Source: an uncultured virus (IMG/VR IMGVR_UViG_2846902752_000010)
Taxonomy: Duplodnaviria; Heunggongvirae; Uroviricota; Caudoviricetes
DNA: 64,000 bases
Direction: 5' to 3' (one strand)
IMG/VR virus record: IMGVR_UViG_2846902752_000010
Shown here: positions 10,458 to 20,543 of the stretch, in pieces
Numbering within the stretch: position 1 is the first letter of the stretch
Layout of the letters: each line of letters begins with the position of its first letter
The notes under the pieces: generated by a model
Seen by the model: only the letters and a program-made list of their open reading frames with translations
Told to the model about the DNA's origin: nothing
Databases searched by the model: none
Made by a program: the position numbers and the translations under genes

Positions 10458-10973
10458 TTATATGCAGTAAATATCCGGGAACAGCGCTGAAACAACGCCG
10501 GTCTCCGGGCGGAGTGTACGGGTAAACGTCACATTGAAATCAAAAGAAGGTGCCTGTCTGTAATGCCCCTGGTCGTCAGCCAGATACGGCACCCGGATAG
10601 CACCGGCGCGCTGAACGCCGACTCCCTGTTTGTTCAGCACACCGGTAAAGGGCAGTGAATTCACAATCATCCTGACTGCGGCCACAATATCACCGGCGGT
10701 ATGCGTCTGAGATTCAGTAATAAACCCCTGAACCCGGTACTTTTTTTCAGTTATCTGGCTTTCGGTATGATTGGCATTCTGCCCGCGGACGGCATAGCTG
10801 CGTTTCAGCCATCCCGCCGGTGTCTCACCAACGGGATAAAAGGCAATAAAATCCTCTCCGGAAATATAATTCTCCGGAAAAAAACCAGCTTTAACCCCCG
10901 TGGCAATATCGTAATTTTTCAGCTCAGTAATCAGCTGGTTATAAATAATTAATTCAATGTCTTTATCATTCAT
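10458..10973 (-). CDS. Neck/tail terminator protein
   Basis: First gene of tail operon; RBS GAGG before ATG 10973; PSFDF motif. Confidence 0.65.
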   Translation of the reverse strand: MNDKDIELIIYNQLITELKNYDIATGVKAGFFPENYISGEDFIAFYPVGETPAGWLKRSYAVRGQNANHTESQITEKKYRVQGFITESQTHTAGDIVAAVRMIVNSLPFTGVLNKQGVGVQRAGAIRVPYLADDQGHYRQAPSFDFNVTFTRTLRPETGVVSALFPDIYCI

Positions 10974-11019
10974 TCTTACCTCAGTGCCTGTGAATAATAT
11001 CTGCCTCCTGTCAGGCCAT

Positions 11020-11046
11020 AAAAAAGCCCTGCTCTCAGGCAGGGCT
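11020..11046 (-). terminator. Terminator upstream of tail operon (Q read-through target)
   Basis: AGCCCTG...CAGGGCT hairpin plus T tract on minus strand. Confidence 0.7.
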
Positions 11047-11152
11047 GAACACACCGTATTCCGGTGCAGTGATATAATGACAGATAAATAATGATTTAAT
11101 TTCCGTCAGGAAACCGTATATTAACGCCATATATCATAAAACCGGAGCCGGT

Positions 11153-11680
11153 ATAATTAATAACGATTACAACAGTAAATCCGCACAGGAACTGGCTGAT
11201 GGTTTAGCACTGTACCTGAAACAGGGTTATATCAACCCGCTATATATCAACTGCGACTGTGAAGACGAATGTGCAGAAGAAGCTGGTTTTTATCTGGATG
11301 CGCTTTCTGTACGTGACCCTGATTTATCCTGTGATTTCCGGAAAAAAATAATGGAATCGCCGGTAATCTGTAATGATTATTTTAAATCCCAATGTATGGA
11401 ATGGTTACTGCTGTCTTCAGATAAATACCGCAGGTATGTTATTCAGTATTTATCCTGCCATTACGATATATTACCGGTTTCTGTGCTGCAAAAAGCGATG
11501 TTTTATTTTTATTGTGCAAAGAGTGATCCTGATGACAATGATGTTGTCCCGGATTCACTAATAGTAAAACTCAAATCCCGCTATCATGCCGTTAAAGATA
11601 ATAAAGACGTTATGGATTATGAGCTGACTGAACTGAAAGAAACCGGCGACGACTTTTACGCCGCATATCCTTCACCGTGA
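11153..11680 (+). CDS. Hypothetical acidic protein; open frame extends 66 codons upstream of ATG 11351 to a non-canonical/mutated ATA start
   Basis: GGAG RBS followed by ATA ATT AAT; no stop between 11153 and 11680. Confidence 0.5.
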   Translation: MINNDYNSKSAQELADGLALYLKQGYINPLYINCDCEDECAEEAGFYLDALSVRDPDLSCDFRKKIMESPVICNDYFKSQCMEWLLLSSDKYRRYVIQYLSCHYDILPVSVLQKAMFYFYCAKSDPDDNDVVPDSLIVKLKSRYHAVKDNKDVMDYELTELKETGDDFYAAYPSP

Positions 11681-11685
11681 AATGC

Positions 11686-11749
11686 AATTCGTCATTTTTT
11701 ACAGATTATCACGCTGTTTGCGGCCGCACCAATGTGCTCCGGACATCAG
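11686..11749. repeat. Copy 1 of ~64-bp direct repeat (3' end of Q / putative late promoter)
   Basis: Near-identical to 11809-11872 (3 mismatches by eye). Confidence 0.9.
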
Positions 11750-11808
11750 AAAAACATCCCGCCATAATGACAAAAAGGCACTCAGAATCTGAATGCCTTT
11801 CAATATGT

Positions 11809-11872
11809 AATTCGTCATTTTTTACAGATTAGCACACTGTTTGCGGCCGCACTAATGTGCTCCGGACATCAG
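11809..11872. repeat. Copy 2 of ~64-bp direct repeat overlapping Q 3' end
   Basis: AATTCGTCATTTTTTACAGATT...GCGGCCGCAC...TCCGGACATCAG. Confidence 0.9.
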
Positions 11873-12269
11873 GATACGCTTTATATAAAATATCCATATC
11901 CAGCTGTACCGCCAGCGTTTCCAGACAACCAAAAATAAAGCTTTCCGCGCTCTGTACCTGTTTACGGATCTCATCCTCACGGACTTTATATTTACGTCCG
12001 ATCGCCCGCTTGCTCATCCCTTTCACGTAATAATCCATAATATAGTCGCGTTCACGTTCCAGACCGGCCGTACCCAGCATGGATACACAACGGTCGATAA
12101 CCCGGCCATCCTCATCACTGCATGAGGATCTCTGTTTACTGCTGTTCTGAGCAAGTTCCCTGAATCCGGATGAAACACGGGCCCAGCCCATGCCTGCACA
12201 GTGATCACCTGCTGCCCAGCCGCCCCAGAGCAACAGTATCGTCTGAATGTCTCTGCTCATAATATTCAC
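11829..12269 (-). CDS. Antiterminator Q family protein (tail cluster regulator)
   Basis: RDIQTILLLWGGWA, SCSDEDG and C-terminal HTH; homologous to prophage Q at 54255-54692. Confidence 0.85.
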   Translation of the reverse strand: MNIMSRDIQTILLLWGGWAAGDHCAGMGWARVSSGFRELAQNSSKQRSSCSDEDGRVIDRCVSMLGTAGLERERDYIMDYYVKGMSKRAIGRKYKVREDEIRKQVQSAESFIFGCLETLAVQLDMDILYKAYPDVRSTLVRPQTVC

Positions 12270-12471
12270 CTGTATAGTATCCGTATTAATTTCCCGGTAT
12301 CAGCTCCTCTTCAGTGCCCGTTCAGATCGCCGGTACACTGACAGAAAAAGCCCGCCCGGTAATCACATGTATAAATGTACAGCATTTTTACGGATAACGT
12401 TAATCCGCTCCGGAAATAACAGGGAGATTAACCTTATGAATATCCTGAGCAAATATTAGTGAAACACAGAA

Positions 12472-13158
12472 TTAGTGGTTATCTGACGGTGAAATAACTT
12501 TCACGCCTTTTATTGCCGTCACATCGATTAATACCGGTGTATGGTGATGCCCGGTTTCGGCATAAAACATTTCGCCGGTAACAGAGACCTGCTGATTAAG
12601 ATAACGCTGGTTTTTGCTGTAAAAATCACCTCTTACAATCAGCTGAAACTGATCATTACTGCCCCAGTCCGGACTGTCTTTTATACAGGTCAATGGTGCT
12701 TTGGTAAAAAGAACCCAATACGGTTCCGGTTCATCACCCTCTTCCACGCTTTCATAATTTGGCGGCCCCGGAAATACAATACGTTTCAGCGTACCGGTTA
12801 ATGTCACCTGCTGCCCGTCCTCATAGCATGTCTGCGCTGACGCCGGTTTTTTACTGTCAGCAATATTCCGGAACAGCACGGATGATTTTTTATACCATTC
12901 CAGCTGACATGCTTCTGTATCGCAATTCTGTAATCTCAGTTTCCGGTTTTCTCTGACTGTCTTTTTAAACTCATCACTGTTTCCGGTGATTTTTTTTGCC
13001 TGCAGATAATCTGCATATAATTCATCATCCGCCTGAGATAATGATGGACTATCGCACACCAGTTTTTCTGTTTTACTCTGTGCTTTACTGCAATCAAAAC
13101 TGACTGCAAAAGTCGCAGAAGAAAATAACAAACAGGATATAACCACCACTTTTTTCAT
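12472..13158 (-). CDS. Secreted LprI-like lysozyme inhibitor domain plus DUF4431-like domain
   Basis: Signal peptide; SFDCSKAQSKTEKLVC; GPPNYES...TGHHHTPVL. Confidence 0.7.
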   Translation of the reverse strand: MKKVVVISCLLFSSATFAVSFDCSKAQSKTEKLVCDSPSLSQADDELYADYLQAKKITGNSDEFKKTVRENRKLRLQNCDTEACQLEWYKKSSVLFRNIADSKKPASAQTCYEDGQQVTLTGTLKRIVFPGPPNYESVEEGDEPEPYWVLFTKAPLTCIKDSPDWGSNDQFQLIVRGDFYSKNQRYLNQQVSVTGEMFYAETGHHHTPVLIDVTAIKGVKVISPSDNH

Positions 13159-13551
13159 ACCAGACCTTCTGTTTTCCCGGTGACAGCTTACAAAGATAAA
13201 AACCGGACATCAGCGGCTGTTATCCCTTAACTCTCCGTTATTGTGCCACAGGATAAATCGCATTTAACACAGGTCAGCTCACAGATAATCTCCGTATGAT
13301 TTATTTTTCTCTCATGCCGGAACAATGCAGGTACAGCATCAGACAGGTTACAACAGGCGAAACAATCATCATGCCTGCCGGACACGTCAGTGAATACAAA
13401 CAGGGTGTCCGGGCGTATGCCCCCAAAAAGTCAAAATAACAGGCATCTTGTCAGATATGATTTTGCGAATAAAATCAGCGATGAAATTCGCAAAATCCAT
13501 GTATAATTGAATCATTAAACAGACTCAGACAGCAGCATTCTGTTCCGGACA

Positions 13552-14700
13552 ATGGAATCCAGTATATTCATGAAAAAGAAAAAATTTACAAAATTAAGAT
13601 CATTGAACAGAAAGCGAAACTATATGATGAAAAATATCCGCTACTATTCAAGACTTCTTATCGAAAAAATTCTCTGGGATAAGAAAAGTAAATCGGCCAT
13701 TGACTTTAGTGCTGTAAAATCAATACTCATCTTACGAAATGAAGGGAAAATAGGTGATGTTATTGTTGACTCCGGCGTAATCAAAGTCTTATCACAGCAT
13801 GGGTATGACGTGGATATTGTAGTTACGCCTGATAACTGTTCCATAATGCAACATGACAAAAACATAAGATCAATTTATATTGCAGATAAAGTATCTCTTA
13901 ATGACTTTATGAAAAATCGTAACCATAATGTCAGCAGTGATATTATTAATCAATTAAATAAAAATGGATATGATTTAATTATAGACCCATCTATAATTAA
14001 CACTCCAATACACCGGCCTAAAATTTTAAACGAAATATCCGCAAAGAATGTCGTCGGATTTAATAAAAACAAATGGATAAATCACTATGGCAAGTCAATT
14101 AGTTTTGACTACGAAAAAAATCATATAAAAGAATCATATAAACTTTTATTATCGGAATTCGGCATCACTGATTCCCCGGCAGACTATGAAATAAATAACC
14201 CTGATGAAACAGGCTATGATGTGGATAGTTATATATCTTCATTGCCACAAAAAAATATCAATGTTGTAATTAATATGTTTGCTGCCAGTAGTGAACGCAG
14301 CCTTTCCTTATCACAGGCAAAAGAGTTAGATAACCGATTAAATTCGCTGCATGACAATATTACTGTTATTATATTAGATTATAAAAACGAGCTATCCGAG
14401 AAAAGCTTCACGCATGCTCATGTTTACAATTCACTTTCATTGCAGCATTCTATCGCGTTAATATCAAAATCAGATCTTATAATATCTCCTGATACATCAA
14501 TTGTGCATATTTCCGCCGCCTTCAGAAAGAATTTAATAGCAATATACAAAAATGATATCCACAATAATAAATTGTGGAGCCCCGGATACGAAAATGCTGT
14601 TCAGCTTTTTACATCAACATCAAAAATATATGAGGATGACAATATAATTAATGAGATTATCTCCTCTGCAGAAAAAAAACTGAAAACATATAATAAATAA
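13552..14700 (+). CDS. Glycosyltransferase family 9 (LPS heptosyltransferase-like)
   Basis: KIGDVI and DLIISPDTSIVHISAAF motifs; low GC. Confidence 0.85.
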   Translation: MESSIFMKKKKFTKLRSLNRKRNYMMKNIRYYSRLLIEKILWDKKSKSAIDFSAVKSILILRNEGKIGDVIVDSGVIKVLSQHGYDVDIVVTPDNCSIMQHDKNIRSIYIADKVSLNDFMKNRNHNVSSDIINQLNKNGYDLIIDPSIINTPIHRPKILNEISAKNVVGFNKNKWINHYGKSISFDYEKNHIKESYKLLLSEFGITDSPADYEINNPDETGYDVDSYISSLPQKNINVVINMFAASSERSLSLSQAKELDNRLNSLHDNITVIILDYKNELSEKSFTHAHVYNSLSLQHSIALISKSDLIISPDTSIVHISAAFRKNLIAIYKNDIHNNKLWSPGYENAVQLFTSTSKIYEDDNIINEIISSAEKKLKTYNK

Positions 14701-15033
14701 AAAACAGAAAAATAAAAAGCCCCGCGATTATGCAGGGCTTTGTTATATCACAAGCTACTGATGTAGTTAAATTTTAACAAATTTCCCTTGTGTATTCATA
14801 ATATCTTCAGGCAATTCCGCACAATAACCAACCACTTTTTCTTCGCCCATAATTTGATTAACCGACCGCCGACAAACATTAAACCACAGTCCCGGGACGA
14901 ACTATCCTCATCGGATTTCTCCATTCTTACTTCTGAATAACTACCGATAAAGAAAAACATAGCACTATTATCAATACGTGTATAAATACACAATATCCCC
15001 GGGTTTCAGATGCTCAACCCGGACAACCGGCAC

Positions 15034-15756
15034 TCAATTTTGCTGTGACGATGACGACTTTACCGGTGGTGGTGTAGTCAAAGAATATGATGAGTCATTA
15101 ATATATTCAGATATAAATACAGTGGCATCAATTTTTTTCAGTGCACTATTATATTCCTGCAAGTGCTTCAATTTAAAAATTTTACTATGATTATTGATCG
15201 CCAGAACTTCAAAGAACCCCATAATGATGAGTGAAAGAAAAAACCCATAGTCAGAATGATTATAAACTTTAAAATAAAATGAAATAATGATAGTAGCTAC
15301 CATTGAAATAAGATATAAAATAAATTTCCTCACATAACCGGATCTATTTTCTTTATATTTTTTGAAATCTATTCTTAACCTTTTTCCTATCCGGATATAG
15401 CTTATAATGTTTCTTAAAACAATATCACCATAATGCCACTTCCCTCTGCATGAAGAAACATACATAAAGACCATTCTTTCTTTATGGCAATTGACTTTTG
15501 TCACTCTTTTCTCTATTATTTCATCAATTTTCAAATTTATATATTTAGCTAATGATTCACTTTTAATTTTCTCCCTGTAAAATGATAATTCGTTGAGCTT
15601 TTTATTTTTTATTTTATAAAATGCACCCGTAAAAAACTCATATTTATAGCTTAAAAATATTATAACAGCCGGTAGCAGAGTGCTTATTTTCTCTGGTTCA
15701 AAAAGATATTTAACCAATTCCTCAATAATATCTATTGTATTTTTTAAATCTGACAT
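15034..15756 (-). CDS. Hypothetical membrane protein, very AT-rich
   Basis: 240 aa, about 3 hydrophobic segments, RBS GGAG. Confidence 0.65.
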   Translation of the reverse strand: MSDLKNTIDIIEELVKYLFEPEKISTLLPAVIIFLSYKYEFFTGAFYKIKNKKLNELSFYREKIKSESLAKYINLKIDEIIEKRVTKVNCHKERMVFMYVSSCRGKWHYGDIVLRNIISYIRIGKRLRIDFKKYKENRSGYVRKFILYLISMVATIIISFYFKVYNHSDYGFFLSLIIMGFFEVLAINNHSKIFKLKHLQEYNSALKKIDATVFISEYINDSSYSLTTPPPVKSSSSQQN

Positions 15757-15989
15757 AGATAGTGCTCCTGTACATTACAAAACATCCCCTGCCTCAACCT
15801 GAGATACCCGGCAAAGAACCAATCAAAATGGCACGCATTCCTGTATGGAATAAGAAAAATTATGCTTATCGCACAAACAAAAAACAATAGTTTTATTTAT
15901 ATATTGCGTGTTGTACATAAATCTTCTATACCTGCCACATTAAAACAAGCTGGCCGGAATAACTGACGCCCGTTTTCATGGACAAGCTG

Positions 15990-16267
<278 letters not shown>

Positions 16268-16466
16268 AGTTTTGTTTTTTAATCAATTAGATACCGCATT
16301 AAATCACGCTTTCACATCCCAACAATTAAAAAGATTGAAAAGGTATAAAGCACATCTTAAACCATTTGTGTCCCAAATATGTCCCATCACTTCTACCAAC
16401 AGCTATACACCCATCATTTAAACAATTTGCATATTTGCGACAACTCTTTGTCTAACTGGGACTACA

Positions 16467-17732
16467 TTAACTTTTTACCACCGGCAACTGACTAAAATTT
16501 GTTGTGTATGCCGGTGACAACATTTCGCGCTTCATCTTGTATCCGCTGTCACTGCCTTTACCGGTAAACCACACACGGCCCAGCCCACTGTTGTTTATTG
16601 TGTCGATGGTCTTCATCAGCTCGTCGCTGTTTTTGAATGGCTGCCTGGTGGCGAACATATCGAACTGAGTGACGGCTGAATCAGTGAAATCTGACAGGAT
16701 GATGCCCGCCTTATAATACCGGTACCCGTCACACCAGATACTATCCAGTGCTCTCGTGGCAGCATTGATGATGTCCCGCGTGTCGCAGCTGGGATACTCG
16801 AGTGAAATATTTGCACTGTTCGCATAATCCGGCCCGTTCGCGTGCCTGCTGGTCTGCACAAACAACCCGATCATCCGGCAGCGCTGCTTTTCTTCCCGGA
16901 GTTTTTCGGCTGACCGCTCGGCATATTCACACACGGCCTTTCTCATTGTGACAATATCCGTCACTTTGATACCGAATGATCGGGAGCAGAGGATCTGCTG
17001 TTTCACCTTTCTGACTTCTTCCAGCTTGATGCAGGGTTCTCCGTTCAGTTCCCGCAGCGTACGCTCAGTAATAACACCGAAAGTTTTACGGATAGTCGCC
17101 GGTGCGGCGTTCGCCAAATCTAATGCAGTGCGAATCCCCATGGTGTTCAGTCTGGCCGATATTCGCCGACCGATACCCCACACTTCACTGACCGGTATCA
17201 GTGCCAGTAACTTACGCTGGCGCAGCCTATCAGAAAGGTCGACCACTCCGCCGGTTTTTTTCCATGTTTTTGCTGCATGGTTGGCAAGTTTTGCGAGTGT
17301 CTTTGTCGGTGCAATGCCAACACCGACCGGAAGGTGTGTTTTCTGCAGAATAGCAGCCTGTATCTCACAGCCGTAATCTTCCGGGCTGAATATCCTGGTC
17401 ATGCCGGTAAAATCGAGAAAGGCTTCGTCTATAGAATAGATTTCTGTGGCGGGTGCGAAAGATGAGAGCAATGTCATCACACGGCTGCTCATATCGCCGT
17501 ACAACGCATAATTTGAGCTGAATACTGTCACATTGTTTTTATAACAAAAATCGCGACACTCATAATACAGTGCCCCCATTTTGATGCCGAGGGCTTTCGC
17601 CTCTGCTGACCTGGCGATCACGCAGCCATCATTATTGCTCAGGACGATAACCGGCTTACCTGTCAGATCGGGCCGGAATACTCTTTCACAGCTGGTGTAA
17701 AAGCTGTTTACATCCACCAGCGCAAACATCAC
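16467..17732 (-). CDS. umuC: DNA polymerase V subunit UmuC
   Basis: [26 protein letters not shown]-terminal [12 protein letters not shown]. Confidence 0.95.
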   Translation of the reverse strand: MMFALVDVNSFYTSCERVFRPDLTGKPVIVLSNNDGCVIARSAEAKALGIKMGALYYECRDFCYKNNVTVFSSNYALYGDMSSRVMTLLSSFAPATEIYSIDEAFLDFTGMTRIFSPEDYGCEIQAAILQKTHLPVGVGIAPTKTLAKLANHAAKTWKKTGGVVDLSDRLRQRKLLALIPVSEVWGIGRRISARLNTMGIRTALDLANAAPATIRKTFGVITERTLRELNGEPCIKLEEVRKVKQQILCSRSFGIKVTDIVTMRKAVCEYAERSAEKLREEKQRCRMIGLFVQTSRHANGPDYANSANISLEYPSCDTRDIINAATRALDSIWCDGYRYYKAGIILSDFTDSAVTQFDMFATRQPFKNSDELMKTIDTINNSGLGRVWFTGKGSDSGYKMKREMLSPAYTTNFSQLPVVKS

Positions 17733-18145
17733 TGCGCCCGATGGATGATGTAGGTGACCACACCGAAAATCTGTAAATCCTGTTCACTGCTGATTACGAT
17801 AGGCTGATAATCCGGATTCATCGGGATCAGCATAGGTACCGGTGACAGTTGCAATTTTTTGACAGTAAACTCTCCGTCAAAACTGGCAATCACAATATCC
17901 CCCTCTGCCGCAGTTACCGCGCTGTCCACGATAACCACATCACCGTCAAAGATATTCGCATCTATCATCGAACTACCTTCAACCCTGAGTAAATAGGTAC
18001 TTTCCGGGTGTCGGATCAGTTCACTGTTCAGGTTTATGCGTTCCTCGATATAGTCCGTCGCCGGTGACGGGAACCCAGCGGGGACATGTTCCAGGAACAG
18101 AGGCAATGTCAGAATTGTATCATCGTTGATCTTGACAAGTTTCAT
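17729..18145 (-). CDS. umuD: DNA polymerase V subunit UmuD
   Basis: AGFPSPA cleavage site, GSSM Ser, FTVKK Lys. Confidence 0.95.
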   Translation of the reverse strand: MKLVKINDDTILTLPLFLEHVPAGFPSPATDYIEERINLNSELIRHPESTYLLRVEGSSMIDANIFDGDVVIVDSAVTAAEGDIVIASFDGEFTVKKLQLSPVPMLIPMNPDYQPIVISSEQDLQIFGVVTYIIHRAQ

Positions 18146-18161
18146 ACTCAGAACCGATTAA

Positions 18162-18177
18162 CTGTATATATATACAG
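18162..18177. promoter_or_regulatory. LexA (SOS) box for umuDC
   Basis: CTGTATATATATACAG perfect consensus, 17 bp upstream of umuD. Confidence 0.95.
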
Positions 18178-18452
18178 TTAATGATAGAGAAATTTGACCG
18201 TCTCATCAATCTGATTTTTACTAATCTTATGCGTCACATATTTTACTCGTTGAAATCAAATCGGGCAGTCCGCTATAAGCGAAGAACGAATATTGCTAAC
18301 AGCATTCTGTGTGAATCAATGGGGAGCAGGCCAAAGTTAAAAAAAGGAGCTTTATGAAATAAATCACACTTTATCGTATGGTACATACCCATATTTAAAT
18401 TGTGTGCTAACATTCGTTCTGTAAATACCTTTCAACTCAACCCGAGGCTTTG

Positions 18453-18479
18453 ATGCTGGAGAATGTAATCATCCGATAA
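18453..18479 (+). CDS. toiL: 8-aa leader peptide MLENVIIR (toiL-like uORF)
   Basis: GAGG RBS + ATG CTG GAG AAT GTA ATC ATC CGA TAA about 110 nt upstream of yjhX, as described for E. coli topAI. Confidence 0.65.
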   Translation: MLENVIIR

Positions 18480-18591
18480 TCAGCTTACCGACCTTTTCAG
18501 GCCGGACTGATTATCAATGCGCCGAAATCGAATGCGGACACCGCTATGTGTTTGCACGTTTTGCACATGATGATTAAACAGGTTTTCCAGT

Positions 18592-18849
18592 ATGAATTTA
18601 TCCCGTCAGGAACAACGTACCTTACACGTTCTCGCTAAAGGTGGTCGTATCGCGCAAGTCCGAGATACGTCTGGCCGCCTCATCGCCGTTGAATGCTACA
18701 CCCGCGAAGGGCTGTTGCTTACCGACTGCACCCTTGCCACCTTCAAAAAACTCAAAACCAAAAAACTTATCAAGTCCGTTAACGGTCAGCCGTACAGCAT
18801 CAACACTACCGGGCTGAATAACGTTCGCGCACAGCTTGATAACCGCTAA
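18592..18849 (+). CDS. topAI: YjhX/TopAI family protein
   Basis: [18 protein letters not shown]...[12 protein letters not shown] matches YjhX. Confidence 0.9.
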   Translation: MNLSRQEQRTLHVLAKGGRIAQVRDTSGRLIAVECYTREGLLLTDCTLATFKKLKTKKLIKSVNGQPYSINTTGLNNVRAQLDNR

Positions 18850-18855
18850 GGAGGC

Positions 18856-20496
18856 ATGATGGATATTAATACCCTTATTTACGCATCCCGATATGTCCGG
18901 CTTTCAGCGGATGAAAGCAAAATTCCCTGGGATGAACCAGCATTCAGCCAGCGCATGCTGGCGAACCACTTGTCGCAGGATCACGACTGGGCCAGCCGCA
19001 GGCAGGAGATCATTGAGCAGCAGGTAGAGTGGATCGCCAGCCAGTTATCCCCTGGCGCACACATCCTCGATCTCGGCTGCGGTCCCGGCTTTTATACCCA
19101 CCGCTTAGCGGAGCGCGGATTTCGCTGCACCGGCGTGGATTTCTCACCAGCATCAGTGAGCTGGGCCCGCCAGCAGGCACAAAATGCCAATTTGAACATC
19201 GACTATATTCAGCAGGATATCCGCGCATACTGGCCGGATAGGTCGTTCGATTTCATCATGATGACGTTCGGGGAACTGAATGTGTTCAGCACTGCGGATG
19301 CACGCTTACTAGTCAGCCGCTGCGCGCTGTGGCTGGAGTTGGGTGGCAGGCTGCTCACTGAAGTCCATACTTTCGAAGAAGTTAAGCGTCAGGGAATGGC
19401 TGAAGCGAGCTGGCAACGCTGTCCGGATGGGCTTTTTCTGGGCGTCCCTCATCTGCTGCTGACGGAACATAGCTGGGATGAAGAAGAGCAGACCAGCTCA
19501 ACGCAGTTCTGGGCTATAGAGGCAAACGGTCACACCACTCGTTTCGGCAGCCAAATGACGGCCTGGCGCGATGAAGAATACGTCAGCCTGCTCAATAATA
19601 CCGGATTTACCCTGCTTCCTCCCCCTGCAGGCCACGACTGGCCAGTCAGCGAGACATTTGAAGGGAAGCTGTTTGCTCTGTTGGCTGAAAAAGCAAAAAC
19701 CTCAGGGGAGCTTCCTCTTAATACTCAACACAATAAAAGGAATTCAGCATTGGATATCCCACGTATTTTTACCATCAGTGAAAGCAAACACCGTATCCAC
19801 AACCCGTTCACCGAAGAGAAGTACACCACACTGGGCCGTGTGCTACGCATGAAGCCGGAAACCCGCATTCTTGACCTCGGCAGCGGCTCGGGGGAAATGC
19901 TCTGTACCTGGGCGCGGGATCATGCGATTACCGGAGTCGGTATCGACATGAGCCAGTTGTTCAGCAAGCAGGCCAGACGGCGCTCGGAAGAACTTGGTGT
20001 CAGTGATCGGGTCCAGTTCATACATAGCGATGCCGCTGGGTATGTGGCAGAAGAGAAATTCGATGTGGCCGCCTGCGTAGGTGCGACATGGATTGCCGGT
20101 GGATTTACCGGGATGATGGAGCTGCTGGCGCAGAGCCTTAAGCCAGGCGGGATCATGCTTATCGGGGAACCCTACTGGCGTCAGCTACCCTCAACAGAAG
20201 AGATAGCGCAGGCATGCGGCGTCAGCGCAATAGCTGATCTCCTGATGTTGCCTGAACTTATCAGCGCATTCGACTACCTCGGCTACGACGTGGTGGAAAT
20301 GGTGCTGGCAGACCAGGAAGGCTGGGACAGGTATGAAGCCGCGAAATGGCTGACCATGCGCCACTGGCTGGAGGCCAACCCTAACGACGACTTCGCGGCA
20401 GAAGTCAGGGCTGAGCTAACGGTCTCGCCAAAACGTCACGTGACCTACGCGCGTGAATACTTTGGCTGGGGCGTGTTCGCGCTGATCGCCAGGTAA
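18856..20496 (+). CDS. Fused double class I SAM methyltransferase; C-terminal half is YjhP-like
   Basis: Two motif I sites (LDLGCGPG, LDLGSGSG); internal AAGGA + TTG at 19750 begins the YjhP-like DIPRIFTISES sequence. Confidence 0.85.
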   Translation: MMDINTLIYASRYVRLSADESKIPWDEPAFSQRMLANHLSQDHDWASRRQEIIEQQVEWIASQLSPGAHILDLGCGPGFYTHRLAERGFRCTGVDFSPASVSWARQQAQNANLNIDYIQQDIRAYWPDRSFDFIMMTFGELNVFSTADARLLVSRCALWLELGGRLLTEVHTFEEVKRQGMAEASWQRCPDGLFLGVPHLLLTEHSWDEEEQTSSTQFWAIEANGHTTRFGSQMTAWRDEEYVSLLNNTGFTLLPPPAGHDWPVSETFEGKLFALLAEKAKTSGELPLNTQHNKRNSALDIPRIFTISESKHRIHNPFTEEKYTTLGRVLRMKPETRILDLGSGSGEMLCTWARDHAITGVGIDMSQLFSKQARRRSEELGVSDRVQFIHSDAAGYVAEEKFDVAACVGATWIAGGFTGMMELLAQSLKPGGIMLIGEPYWRQLPSTEEIAQACGVSAIADLLMLPELISAFDYLGYDVVEMVLADQEGWDRYEAAKWLTMRHWLEANPNDDFAAEVRAELTVSPKRHVTYAREYFGWGVFALIAR

Positions 20497-20503
20497 CAAC
20501 AGA

Positions 20504-20543
20504 CTCCCGGTATTTCTTTCCGGAAATACCGGGACTTCTTCTT
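20504..20543 (+). terminator. Terminator after methyltransferase
   Basis: TCCCGGTATTTC...GAAATACCGGGA hairpin followed by a T-rich tract. Confidence 0.7.

Noticed and set aside
14760..14993. Short minus-strand ORF
   Set aside because: Looks like a fragment with no start signals; cannot assign
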